Below are positions 38,053 to 51,100 of a stretch of 64,000 bases of DNA, one piece after another (position 1 is the first letter of the stretch; every line of letters starts with the position of its first letter). Made by a program: the position numbers and the translations under genes. The stretch spans positions 23,349 to 87,348 of the forward strand of contig NIVC01002194.1 in assembly GCA_002269645.1 (NCBI GenBank), written 5' to 3'. The notes beneath the pieces are model-generated. The model saw only the letters and a list, made by a program, of their open reading frames with translations. It was not told the DNA's origin and ran no database searches. Source of the stretch: Macrostomum lignano (taxonomy: Eukaryota).

Positions 38053-40928
38053 GACTAACTAACTAACTGACTGAGTAACTCCGCTCTTTAAACTAATATC
38101 CCTACCCCCACAGGCATCAACTGCGCCCTGAGCAGCCAGGAAGCCACTGACGCAGAGGCTCCAGCCGAGGACCCAGTGGTAGAGCGGACCAAGTCCGCAT
38201 GGATCGAGGAGCTGCTCTCCAAGGCGGACAACGCGGACGCCGCGGCCGATTTGGTGCAGCAGATCAGGCGCAAGAAGTCCCGCAGCGGACTGCACAGCTT
38301 GCGCCGGGCCTGCCAGGCCATGTGCCCGAAATGCGTGTGCGGAGTCATACTGCTCACGCCCACCTACAGCTCCAAGACTGGCAAAGACAGAATGAAAGGC
38401 GTTGCCGCATCCATCGGCGCTAGCAGAGGCGCCAAGAAGATCAAGAAGGGCGCCAAAAAGAAGGCCGGAAAGAAGGTAAAGAAAGGTGCAAAGAAGGCCG
38501 GAAAGAAGGTAAAGAAAGGTGCAAAGAAGGTGAAGAAAGGTGCAAAGAAGGCCGGAAAGAAGGCGAAGAAAGGAGCAAAGAAGACCGGAAAGAAGGCGAA
38601 GAAAGGTGCAAAGAAGGTGAAGAAAAGCAAAAAGAAGGCCGGAAAGAAGGTGAAGAAAGGTGCAAAGAAGGCTGGAAAGAAGGTGAAGAAAGGTGCAAAG
38701 AAGGCCGGAAAGAAGGTGCAGAAAGGTGCAAAGAAGGCCGGAAAGAAGGTGAAGAAAGGTGCAAAGAAAGTCGGAAAGAAGGTGAAGAAAGGTGCAAAGA
38801 AGGCCGGAAAGAAGGTGAAGAAAGGTGCAAAGAAAGTCGGAAAGAAGGTGAAGAAAGGTGCAAAGAAGACCGGAAAGAAGGTGAAGAAAGGTGCAAAGAA
38901 GACCGGAAAGAAGGTGAAGAAAGGTGCAAAGAAGGTGAAGAAAAGCAAAAAGAAGGCCGGAAAGAAGGTGAAGAAAGGTGCAAAGAAGGTGAAGAAAAGC
39001 AAAAAGAAGGCCGGAAAGAAGGTGAAGAAAGGTGCAAAGAAGGCCGGAAAGAAGGTGAAGAAAGGTGCAAAGAAGGCCGGAAAGAAGGTGAAGAAAGGTG
39101 CAAAGAAAGTCGGAAAGAAGGTGAAGAAAGGTGCAAAGAAGACCGGAAAGAAGGTGAAGAAAGGTGCAAAGAAGGTGAAGAAAGGTGCAAAGAAGGCTGG
39201 AAAGAAGGTGAAGAAAGGTGCAAAGAAGACCGGAAAGAAGGTGAAGAAAGGTGCAAAGAAGGTGAAGAAAGGTGCAAAGAAGGCTGGAAAGAAGGTGAAG
39301 AAAGGTGCAAAGAAGGCTGGAAAGAAGGTGAAGAAAGGTGCAAAGAAGACCGGAAAGAAGGTGAAGAAAGGTGCAAAGAAGGTGAAGAAAGGTGCAAAGA
39401 AGGCTGGAAAGAAGGTGAAGAAAGGTGCAAAGAAGGCCGGAAAGAAGGTGAAGAAAGGTGCAAAGAAGACCGGAAAGAAGGTGAAGAAAGGTGCAAAGAA
39501 GGTGAAGAAAAGCAAAAAGAAGGCCGGAAGGAAGGTGAAGAAAGGTGCAAAGAAGGCTGGAAAGAAGGTGAAGAAAGGTGCAAAGAAGGCCGGAAAGAAG
39601 GTGAAGAAAGGTGCAAAGAAGGCCGGAAAGAAGGTGAAGAAAGGTGCAAAGAAGGCTGGAAAGAAGGTGAAGAAAGGTGCAAAGAAGACCGGAAAGAAGG
39701 TGAAGAAAGGTGCAAAGAAGGTGAAGAAAGGTGCAAAGAAGGCTGGAAAGAAGGTGAAGAAAGGTGCAAAGAAGACCGGAAAGAAGGTGAAGAAAGGTGC
39801 AAAGAAGGCCGGAAAGAAGGTGAAGAAAGGTGCAAAGAAGGCTGGAAAGAAGGTGAAGAAAGGTGCAAAGAAGGCTGGAAAGAAGGTGAAGAAAGGTGCA
39901 AAGAAGACCGGAAAGAAGGTGAAGAAAGGTACAAAGAAGGTGAAGAAAGGTGCAAAGAAGGCTGGAAAGAAGGTGAAGAAAGGTGCAAAGAAGGCCGGAA
40001 AGAAGGCGAAGAAAAGCAAAAAGAAGGCTGGAAAGAAGGTGAAGAAAGGCAAAAAGAAGGCCGGAAAGAAGGCGAAGAAAAGCAAAAAGAAGGCTGGAAA
40101 GAAGGTGAAGAAAGGCAAAAAGAAGGCCGGAAAGAAGGCGAAGAAAAGCAAAAAGAAGGCCGGAAAGAAGGCGAAGAAAGGAGCAAAGAAGACCGGAAAG
40201 AAGGTGAAGAAAGGTGCAGAGAAGGTGAAGAAAGGCAAAAAGAAAGTCGGAAAGAAGGTCAAGAAAGACACAAAGAAGGCCGAAAAGAAGTTTACGAAAG
40301 GCGCAAAGAGGGTCGAAGAAGGTGCAAAGAAAGCGGGTAAAGAGATTAGCAAAAACGTCAGAACGTCAAAATCTGGATATAAATCTGGACATAAATCTGG
40401 ATATAAATCTGGACATAAATCTGGACATAAATCTATATATAAATCTGGACATAAATCTGGACATAAATCTGGATATAAATCTGGACATAAATCTGGATAT
40501 AAATCTGGACATAAATCTGGATATAAATCTGGATATAAATCTGGACATAAATCTGGATATAAATCTGGACATAAATCTGGATATAAATCTGGATATAAAT
40601 CTGGACATAAATATGGATATGGAACTAAGAGGCATAAGCACGGATGGAAGACGCACAGCAAAGAACATTCTGATCATTTCGAAAGACATTCGGCAAAAAC
40701 TTCTGCAACTGGAGAAAGTTCAAAGTCGCTGAGAAAGGTACGAGTTTAATGTTGGCTGAAATATTCGCACGCATCAGGTTAATACAAGCTATGAAAACAC
40801 AAATTCATTTTCAGTTCGCAGGACGCGAATCTGCTGGATATCCGGTGGAGAAACAGGAGGACATCATTGAGGAAACTTCGCCGGACCTCGAAGGAAATCT
40901 GGCCATGAAGATTTTCTTCCGTTACTGA
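36460..40928 (+). CDS. Secreted, extremely Lys-rich repetitive protein, ~1002 aa; exons 36460-36580, 37101-37250, 38114-40737, 40815-40928
   Basis: All three introns are GT-AG with compatible phases (1, 1, 0); the total is 3009 nt. Signal peptide MAARRSIRLVWLILLIALLACGLTVG, acidic region, Cys cluster, (KKGAKKAGKKV)n, (KSG[H/Y])x~21, acidic C-terminal exon ending KIFFRY*. Confidence 0.85.
36660..37015. repeat. 15-bp minisatellite GAGATTCGTAGGGGT/GAGATTCGTAGAGGA in intron 1 of the Lys-rich gene
   Basis: Read directly. Confidence 0.95.
37256..38075. repeat. (TAAC/TGAC)n microsatellite forming almost all of intron 2 of the Lys-rich gene
   Basis: Starts immediately after the GTGAG donor and ends ~40 nt before the acceptor. 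Confidence 0.98.
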
Positions 40929-41024
40929 TGACCATTGTTGAATTTACTAAAATTCTGAACCGTTACATGCTAAATTTTGATTTTTTGCTAATTACAAATA
41001 TTTAATCTTGGTTGGTTCTAAATA

Positions 41025-41280
41025 TCCCCTACAGGTGTTCGGGATCTCAAAATCTCCCATAAAGGTGTTTGGGATTTCAGAATCTCCCATAGAGGTATTA
41101 GGGATCTCAAAATCTCCCATAAAGGTGTTCATGATCTCAAAATCTCCCATAAAGGTGTTCATGATCTCAAAATCTCCCATAAAGGTGTTCATGATCTCAA
41201 AATCTCCCATAAAGGTGTTCATGATCTCAAAATCTCCCATAAAGGTGTTCATGATCTCAAAATCTCCCATAAAGATGTCC
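41025..41280. repeat. 30-bp minisatellite ATCTCAAAATCTCCCATAAAGGTGTTCATG
   Basis: Read directly. Confidence 0.95.
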
Positions 41281-42141
41281 AGGACCTCAAAATTTCAGCT
41301 ACGTCTGCCAACGCGTATCAAAAAAACTCTAATTAAAACACACACTAATTGATATTTGACAATATTTTCTGTTTAAACTTTGCTCTAAATAAAATTTGGA
41401 AAAAAAGTTCATTAATAGATTTTTGCAGAAATAGTTTTCTCATCCAGTGTGCTACGAGTACTGCACCCAGTACCGATGTACTTTACTATTGTCTGAGGTT
41501 ACAAAAATGCACAAAAAGCATCGCAATATGATGATGTCTATACTACGAGTATATACTATTACAAGTGCTAGATAACAATTAAAGCATGTTCATTTAAAAA
41601 ATCAATCATTAAATTTAAATTATTGTTAATTATTGCGTAAAAAGTACATTGGGCGTTAATAACCCATATGAATTGTCATGAAATTCCCTATAAATAAATT
41701 AATAAACGAGAAAAGGTGTCACTAATACGTAATCGTGCTTTGATCGATCTAAAACAAAAAAAGAAAATTGGCAGCAATGCGCATACACGCTACTAGAATA
41801 CACAGTAAATCAGTAGTATAGATAGGAAAGTCAATAATGGTGAAAATGACGGTAAACGATCAGTTAATGCAGTTAATAAATTAACAAATATTAGTACAAG
41901 AGCAGGATTGCAGTAGAAAGAGACGATCTTGATCATGAATAGAATTTTGTTTGTTAAAAACAAAAAATATATTTATATTTTGATCCGTTCAGATTCCACT
42001 AAATTAATTGTTAATAACTCTGAGAATATGTTCAACTATTTTCTAAAAAGCACTCTTTATTACTTATTTCTAGTACTACTAATACTAATATACTAAAGAA
42101 CAAAATTGTGCATCAGATGAAAACATGTTTACTCAAGTTAG

Positions 42142-45100
42142 TCATGACCTAGTGCTTTCTCTGGCCAGATCTTCGTAAGCGGGCTCAGTTCTTTGATGTC
42201 GGCATTCGCTTATCTCGCTTAAGCCCATTCGACAGAGAAGCTGAAATAGGATTGAAGAGGGAGGAAAATGGGGTTAAAGTAGTAGAAGGGGTTGAGAAAG
42301 GCGTGAGGTGGATGTCTGCAGGGGCAGGAATGTACTGGGTGGGTTGGAGAAGGCGTGAGGTGGGTGTCTGCAGAGGCAGGAATGTACTGGGTGGGTTGGA
42401 GAAGGCGTGAGATGGGTGTCGGCTGATGACAGCAATTAAACCTATAAAATATACTACAATAAATTGGCTATAAAGGAACCACTTACAAGCAAAGCCAACA
42501 AATCGGCAGTCATAAGCATGTAGAAAACATTCTGCCAGCCTGTATTCACGATCAGACCCGTCAGCAGAGGACCGAGTGCAGCGCCTGAATTTTTCAATTT
42601 AGATAAGTTTGATGCTACAATTCATGCCTAGCCTACTATAAGTAGCTTAATTAGTAAGTAGTAAATATTACATACCCATGCTCCCTGTCCCATCGATAAT
42701 AGCAGTAACAGTGGCCAGAGCTTTTGAATCGCCTTTAACTGACGTGCCTAAATCGGCGCTTACCGCAGTAGTAATTAGCGCGTATGGACCATTAACTAAT
42801 CCTCCAGTGATTAGGAGCAGGACTAGAAGGACAATTATTTATTCAAGTGAAACTTTCATAAGTGAAATAAGAGAAATAATTGATCAAATATAATTATCCG
42901 TTAAACTGACCTATCGAGTTAAATAATGATGTGTCACCAAACTTCTCGTAGACAAACAGCTGAAAGTTGATATAAGAAGTTTGCTATAATTCAGTTATTC
43001 CTACAGAAATTGTAATTCTAATATGCGTATTTATGCACAATAGGGGTATGGTTAAAATTTACGAAGATTGGACACATGGAACTATAAAATGTACATGTAA
43101 TAGAAGAATTTACCACAAATTTAGTAGATAGATTAAGTACATACCATTGGTGCCGCAAGAAGCAGCATCATCATGCAGGTGAGAGCTCGCCGACCAGTCA
43201 CATCGCTAACAACCCCAGCTAATACACCTCCAACAATGCCGCCAACATCGAATAGAGTTGATAGAAATGCGCTCTCTTCTGGGTTGAGACCGCTGGAGTG
43301 CTTAATGTAATTTGGCAACCAATAGAGAAAGGTATAGCTGACCAGTTTGGCGAAAAACAGGCACAGGGAGTACTCGATAACGCCCTGAAATTTATTTTTT
43401 ATAAAATGAAGTTTCATCTTGACACCTCCTCACTCAACCTCAGACTACATGTACACCGGATAAAGATAACAGGCCGGCGGATAAATTGACACCAACCTCA
43501 CTCTGCCTAGACTGACTAGAAAAGATAACAGGCCGGCGAAGAAATCGACACCCACCTCACTCTGCCTAGACTGACTAGAAAAGATAACAGTCCGGCGGAG
43601 AAATTGACACCCACCTCACTAGGCCTAGTCTGACTAGAAAAGATAAAAGGCCGGCGGAGAAATTGACACCCACCTCACTAGGCCTAGTCTGACTAGAAAA
43701 GATAACAGTCCGGCGGAGAAATTGACACCCACCTCACTAGGCCTAGTCTGACTAGAAAAGATAACAGTCCGGCGGAGAAATTGGCACCCACCTCACTAGG
43801 CCTAGTCTGACTAGAAAAGATAACAGGCCGGCGGATAAATTGACACCCACCTCACTCTGCCTAGTCTGACTAGAAAAGATAAAAGGCCGGCGGAGAAATT
43901 GACACCCACCTCACTAGGCCTAGTCTGACTAGAAAAGATAACAGGCCGGCGAAGAAATCGACACCCACCTCACTCCGCCTGGACTGACTAAAAAAGATAA
44001 CAGGCCGGCGAAGAAATCGACACCCACCCCACTCCGCTTTGACTGGCTAGAAAAGATGACAGGCCGGCAGATAAATTGACACCAACCTCACTCCGCTTTG
44101 ACTGACTAGAAAAGATAACAGTCCGGCGGAGAAATTGACACCCACCTCACTAGGCCTAGTCTGACTAGAAAAGATAACAGGCCGGCGGATAAATTGACAC
44201 CCACCTCACTCTGCCTAGTCTGACTAGAAAAGATAAAAGGCCGGCGGAGAAATTGACACCCACCTCACTAGGCCTAGTCTGACTAGAAAAGATAACAGGC
44301 CGGCGAAGAAATCGACACCCACCTCACTCCGCCTGGACTGACTAAAAAAGATAACAGGCCGGCGAAGAAATCGACACCCACCCCACTCCGCTTTGACTGG
44401 CTAGAAAAGATGACAGGCCGGCAGATAAATTGACACCAACCTCACTCCGCTTTGACTGACTAGAAAAGATAACAGTCCGGCGGAGAAATTGACACCCACC
44501 TCACTAGGCCTAGTCTGACTAGAAAAGATAACAGTCCGGCGGAGAAATTGACACCCACCTCACTAGGCCTAGTCTGACTAGAAAAGATAACAGGCCGGCG
44601 AAGAAATCGACACCCACCTCACTCCGCTTTGACTGGCTAGAAAAGATGACAGGCCGGCAGATAAATTGACACCAACCTCACTCCGCTTTGACTGACTAAA
44701 AAAGATAACAGGCCGGTGGAGAAATCGACACCCACCTCACCACCTAAAGCATAGAAAATTAAAAAAAATACAGAACGTATGCTCGTCCACATACCGGAAT
44801 ACGAACAGCGCCTAGCAGGCTGATTGCCTTTCGACTGCCCATATCACTAGAAGCGGTCGACTCAGTCAGAGTAGAATGTCTTGGCAGCAGAGGGTCGGTG
44901 TCAGCGGCGGGCACCCGTTGATTAACTGACGAAGACGCCCTACTAGGAGGAGTCGCCCCGACAGGGGACGCAGACAGAGAAGAAGTCTGCTGTTGCTCAG
45001 AGTCGGGACTATCAAACCATTGTCGATCGTGGGTATTTGGTGCGTACTCAGTTATGTCCAATGTTGAAGGCGTTACCGACTGAACCATGATGTCCTAAAT

Positions 45101-48100
45101 AATATTATTCGTTACTTTATTAACAGTTATATAAATAAGCATTCCAAAAATAGAAACGAAATAAACTTTCAATAACATTAATGCTTTTTTTTATCTCTGT
45201 GACCTAAAAAAATAGTGTGAGGGCAGGTTTAATACGATAGTGCTTTAAAACTTACGTTCAGGGTTAGAGAGCTATATGATTTCGTGTTGAACTCGTATAC
45301 AGAATTTACACTACCTTATTGACTGCGTGTCAGTTCTGGCTTATCAAGATTTCAGCGAATTGTCAGCTTAGCAACGGCTGATTTACCTAATTTTTCCTGC
45401 GCTCTATATTTCCTATAGAATGGTACTAAGCTCTTCGCAAACTAAAGACTTTTTTGTTTCTTTTAAAATTAGTATGTTTTCCTTCTTAGATTTTAATTTT
45501 ATGTTAAACTTTCGATATAATGGCAGTACTATAGTTATCAATACAAAAATACAATCCAACCAATACAATATTAGAAGGACAAGTAGGAAATAACGAGACA
45601 CCAAATAACCGATGTTAAATTCTCACATTGGAAAGAATACCAGCCAAATTAATGTAAGAATTAGCAAATATAAGCAGACCAGTGCATATAAACGTATACA
45701 AGTTGAAAGGGGTGATAAATTTACATCTGACGCACACTGGGCATCTCGAGTAGAACCTGTAAATCCTGCGACTGGCAGAAAAAATATCAGACAGTCTCAG
45801 TGACAGTCAAGTGACTTCTTGATGAAGCCAACTAATCTGAACTATCGAAATCTACTTAAATAGAAACTATTTGCCCCTAAAACTCGATTAAGCATACTTA
45901 CCAAATCGTTATCGTGAGGCGACGGCAATCCAACATCGGTTGGGTCTGAAAAATTTGTTATATTGCTTCAGCTAGTTTAAGTTAAACAAAGTAATCATTT
46001 TTATGATCAGGTATCTATAATTACGTTTGACTATGTTGTGGCGTGAATGCAGGTCTTATTTTCTAACAAACCTGATGTCCCGAATCTTAGTGAAGAAACG
46101 TCACGTCCCTAGCAACTATTCTAAGAAATATGGTGGTCCAAAACATTATTCGAAGGAACCTGATGCTCCCGAACCGTATTTTAAGAAACCTGAAGATCCT
46201 GAACCCTATTCTAAGAACCATAAAGATTTCGAACCCTATTCTAAGAAAACTGAAAATTCGGAACCCTGTTCAAAGAAACCTGAAGAATCTAAACCCAATT
46301 CTATGAAAACTGGAGATGCTGAACCCTATTGTAGGAAACCTGAAGATCCTGAACCCTGTTCTAAGAAGCCCCAATATTCTCAACTCTATTCTAAGAAACC
46401 CCAAGATTCTGAACCCTATTCTAAGAAACCTGAAGATCCTGAACCCTATTCTAAGAAGCCCTAAGATTCTCAACTCTATTCTAAGAAGCCCCAAGATTTT
46501 GAACCCTATTCTAAGAAACCTGAAGATTCTGAACCCTATTCTAAGAAACCTGAAGATTCTGAACCATATTCTAACAAACATAAAGATTCTGAACCATATT
46601 CTAAGAAACCTGAAGATTCTGAACCCCATTCTAAGAACTCCTAAGATCCTGAACCATATTCTAAGAAACATAAAGGTTCTGAACCCTGTTTTAAGAAACC
46701 TCAAGATTATGAACCCTTTTCTAAGAAACCCAAAGATTCTGAACCCTGTTCTAAGAAACCTGTCATTAACCCTATTATACGAATCCTGAAGTTTCGAAAA
46801 CCTATTCCAAGAAACTATAAACCAGGAACCTAGCTCACGTACTCAAGGTCCTAAGTAAGTTAAACACAAACCAACTTACACGGAATTAATAACAGCAAGC
46901 AGAAACAGCCAACAGCAAAGATAATGGCGCCTGGCACTATGAAGCTCAAACCCCAGCTAGAGGAGACAAATAGGCCGGCAATTACGCTGCCGAGTATGTT
47001 GCCAGCTGAGGTGTGACTGTTCCAGACTCCCATGATGAAGCCGCGCCTGTGAAACAATGTGGAAAAATAGTGGTTTGTCAGAAATTATCAGGATTAGTTA
47101 GTAAAATAGTTGCTAGGAGTAACTTGACGGGGAACAATAATGCAAAATAATCCCATAAACAGCGCCAGTACCGGATGGACATTGTGAGAAGCATTAGATG
47201 GACATTATAAGCAATGGATAGACATTTTGAGAAGTACCGGATGGATATTATGAGAAGCATCAAATGGACATTATAAGCACCGGATGGACATTATAAGCAC
47301 CGGATGGACATTATAAGCACCGGATGGACATTATAAGCACCGGATGGACATTATAAGAAGCACTGGATGGACCAACTTTACCGAGATGCGGATAAAAAGT
47401 AAATATTTTTGGTATGTGCGTACGTGAATTCAGTAATTTAATTGCTGCAAAATATGTTATTTAAATAACTATACTCTGTCATTAAGTATGAACAAGTAGA
47501 ACTTTTTCGTTTAACAGAACGATATTATATAACCAAGGGTAAGAGAGTGACGTGGGTAAGACAGCTATCAGAGCTTTAGCGCATACAGAACTTACTAATA
47601 AGAATAAAATATCGCATCACGAGTGAAGATTAATATCTACACGTAAGTGTTATTTAAAACTAATTAAAAATTTGGCAAAGTGTTCAGTAACTAATGACAA
47701 TTTTTTAAACCTACCGTCCTTTGCCGAACCAGTGACCAACGCAAGCGACCACGCTGGGCCAGCCGGTGGCCTGAACCAGCCCGCCGAATATCTAATTATA
47801 GTAATTAGTTGGAATATTGCTGCCGTTAGATTCTGCTGTAATTTGCATGCAATCTTTGTAATGATTGCTAAAATTTAAATTGTCAAAACCTTTTGCAGCA
47901 TGCAATGAACCGTGATAATAATGAGATTGTGATTTCGTAGACGAAGAAATGAGAGGGAGAGGGGAGAGAGGGGGAGAGAGAGGGAGAAGGAGAAGGAGAA
48001 GGAGAGGGAGAGGAAGAGGGGAGAGAGGGGGGAGAGAGAGGGAGAGGGAGAGGAGAGGGAGAGGGGAGAGGGAGAAGGGAGAGAGGGGGAAAGGAGAGAG

Positions 48101-51100
48101 GGAGAGGGAGAGGGGAGAGAGGGGGAAGAGAGAGAGGGAGAGGGAGAGGGGAGAGGGAGAAGGGAGAGAGGGGGAAAGGAGAGAGGGAGAGGGAGAGGGG
48201 AGAGAGGGGGAAGAGAGAGAGGGAGAGGGAGAGGGGAGAGAAGAGAGAGGGAGAACAGGAGAAGAGAGAGGAAATAACGAGAGAGGAGAGCAGAGGGGAG
48301 AGGAGAGAGAATGGGGAAGAGGGAGTTTGCAAGGGGGGAGGCGAGGAAAAGAGAAAGCAGGCGGGTGTGACAGCATAAGATGTGCATGATTACAGGGGTC
48401 TATGAAATTTGCTTGCGAGAAGTTTGCTTGCCGAAGTTTGCTTGCGGGACTTTTGCTTGCGGAAATTTGCTTGCCGAGCTTTGCTTGCCGAACTTTGCTT
48501 GCCGAGCTTTGCTTGCCGAATTTTGCTTGCAGGAAATTTGCTTGCTGCACATAAGCTTGCCGAAGTTTGCTTGCAGGAACTTTGCTTGCCGAGGTTTTCC
48601 AGCCACAGTTTTCTTGCGGAACCTTAAAGAACCTATTATTTTTATTGAGCTCTTGTATTTCTATTTTTATTTACTAAGATTCGTGGAAGTCGCCTCTAGT
48701 GTTTATGATTTTGAATGAGGATATGTCGGATTTGAAAAGCCCTAATGCAGAAATGTAATAATTTAGTTTTTTACTGGGAATACATTTTCAACAAAAATTG
48801 GACACAATTTCGAACAATGACATATCGGATGATTTAGGCACCGAAATGTACAGAATATATTTTTTGGAAATGAACGTACATTGTACATGTACATCAATGT
48901 AAATCATTCCTAAATATATTAAATCTCTAAGTCTATATACTAAATTCTTAGAATGAAACTCTATAAGCCTAGTTTGAAAGCTTAGTGTGAAGTCAGTTTA
49001 TGTCGGCGCCGATAAGAATCCACTTGCAAAGCATCTGTAGTAAGTAATAATTGACTGACCAACTTTACAAGCAATCAAAACAAGCAAGCAGACAAGAAAA
49101 TAATTCGGCAAGTTAAAACCTTGCAATTGTGATTGCGAATTTCTAGGAAGCAGACATCAAAATTCGGCAAGCAAAGTTCGGCAAGCAAAGTTCGGCAAGC
49201 AAAGTTCGGCAAGCAAAATTCCTGCAAGCAAAGTTCGGCAAGCAAACTTCCCACAAGCAAACGTCGTACTCCCGATTACAGATTGCAAAGTTAGGCTCTG
49301 CTTAATGTGTGACAAATAAGAACAAAGACTGCACGAACCTGGACAAAGATGTAATATTCAATCCGATGGATTTGCAGATAATATCCAAAGCCAAACATGG
49401 CAGTCGTAAGTCCACTTAAAAGCATGCCAATACCTAAGTAATGCCGCAGATTAACTCTTTCTGCAATATGACCACTGAAAACAGTTTAAGGGAATGGCCT
49501 GTTTATATACAGTACTTTTTATATGAAATCAAAATCAAAATATTTTTATTTAACTAATAACAACAAATTCTTTACCTGACAAGCATACCAATTGCATAGG
49601 CAAATAAGTAAGCATATTCCAGTGAACCCAGCAGTTCTGTGTAGTCACCCTTATCTAAGATGTTAAAAATAAAAATAAATTGATGACAATTAATAATAGC
49701 AAGTTAATATGTTCAACTAATGTACGAAAAACAAATGACATACCAAATGGAGCCCAGCTACAGAATGCATTATTTTTGTCTGTTATAACAAAATGCTTTT
49801 TAGCAGCAACTTCTGTGCAGTTCTGATGCAAAACACTCTAAAAATGGAATATTAAAATTTAGGTTTCATTATTAAAGAAGTTGTATTAATAATAATATAT
49901 TATATCAGATATCTAAACTTACCTTAACAACAGAAATAGGCTTCCTTGATAGATGATAGGTTGTATAGCAAACAAATGTGAAAAATAAAATAAAGTATTG
50001 ATACCTAAAATGAGTTTTAACACACAAAAGTTAATCTTTAAAAAGTTTAGCAAAATAACATTTTGACTACAGCTAAGTCCATAGAATAAATTGAATTATT
50101 TGAATATTAATAATGAATAGAACCATTTATTTTTTTCAATGGTCAAAGGATGCTATCTTATCAATGTTAACATTTATTTTTTTCTGCTGTGGTGGTAGGG
50201 GCTGACTTCTAATATACTAAAAATGAAATGCTTGGTTGCTTGCTTGTAATTGATTTTCTCCCGAACGGCTCAACCGATTTTCTTCAAACTTGCACCATTC
50301 GATCAGAAATTTTCCCGGGACGGTACATGCATATTGGCTAAGAAATTGCTCAATGTTAAAGGGATTAAATATTCGAAAAACATGATTTTTTGCAAAGGTC
50401 AAGCAGCTCTTTCGACCTGAAATGCATTGTAAGAATGCTAGAGAAAAATCTGACTGGTTGAATTCTGATTCTGAAATAGATTGCATCACAATACACTTTA
50501 TTTATCGTCTGTGTACTGGCTGAATTTGACACTCAATTGAATTGCGTCACAGCTTTGAGTGTGAAAGCATAGCGCAGTACCCAATTTATATTACGTAACC
50601 ATATTGTTAACTTTCATAGACACTGGTACTGACTTGCCTAAGAAATTGATTATGTCATAACTGCTTCGCGTGACTTTTTACTCTACCTGACTTGGTGTGA
50701 GTGTTGAATTATATAAGTGGTACAAATTCACTGATAACTTCGATGAGAGCTAGCCTAGAGCTGAGCAGACCAGACTGCTAATGCAGCGACCTGGGTTCGA
50801 ATCTAAGTAGTTTAAAAGTAGTAGTGTAAAATTTTTTATTAAAAGCTTTTATTAAAGGACTAAATAAAAACACTTAGATTACTGCACTCGATAAGCTAAG
50901 GATTATTGCTCTTGGCAAACCAAGGAATACTGCACTCGATAAGCCAAGGATTATTGCTCTTGGCAAACCAAGGATTACTGCACTCGATAAGCCATGGATT
51001 ATTGCTATTAATAAACCAAGGATTACTGCACTCGATAAGCCAAGGATTATTGCTATTAATAAACCATGAATTACTGCACTCGATAAGCCAAGGATTATTG

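Noticed and set aside
38364-40661. Antisense Phe-rich 765-aa ORF
   Set aside because: It is the mirror of the Lys-rich + strand frame, which has the signal peptide and splice support.
45727-45775. Extra SLC37A exon candidate
   Set aside because: Not needed: exons 45945-45902 and 45094-44795 already join in phase, and the peptide has no family similarity.
46027-46789. EPYSKKP repeat ORF resembling a structural or mussel-like protein
   Set aside because: In-frame stops, no signal peptide or splice partners, and it lies antisense in an SLC37A intron.
50743-50804. Functional tRNA-Ser(GCT) gene
   Set aside because: No closing acceptor stem or Ser variable arm; treated as a tRNA-derived fragment.
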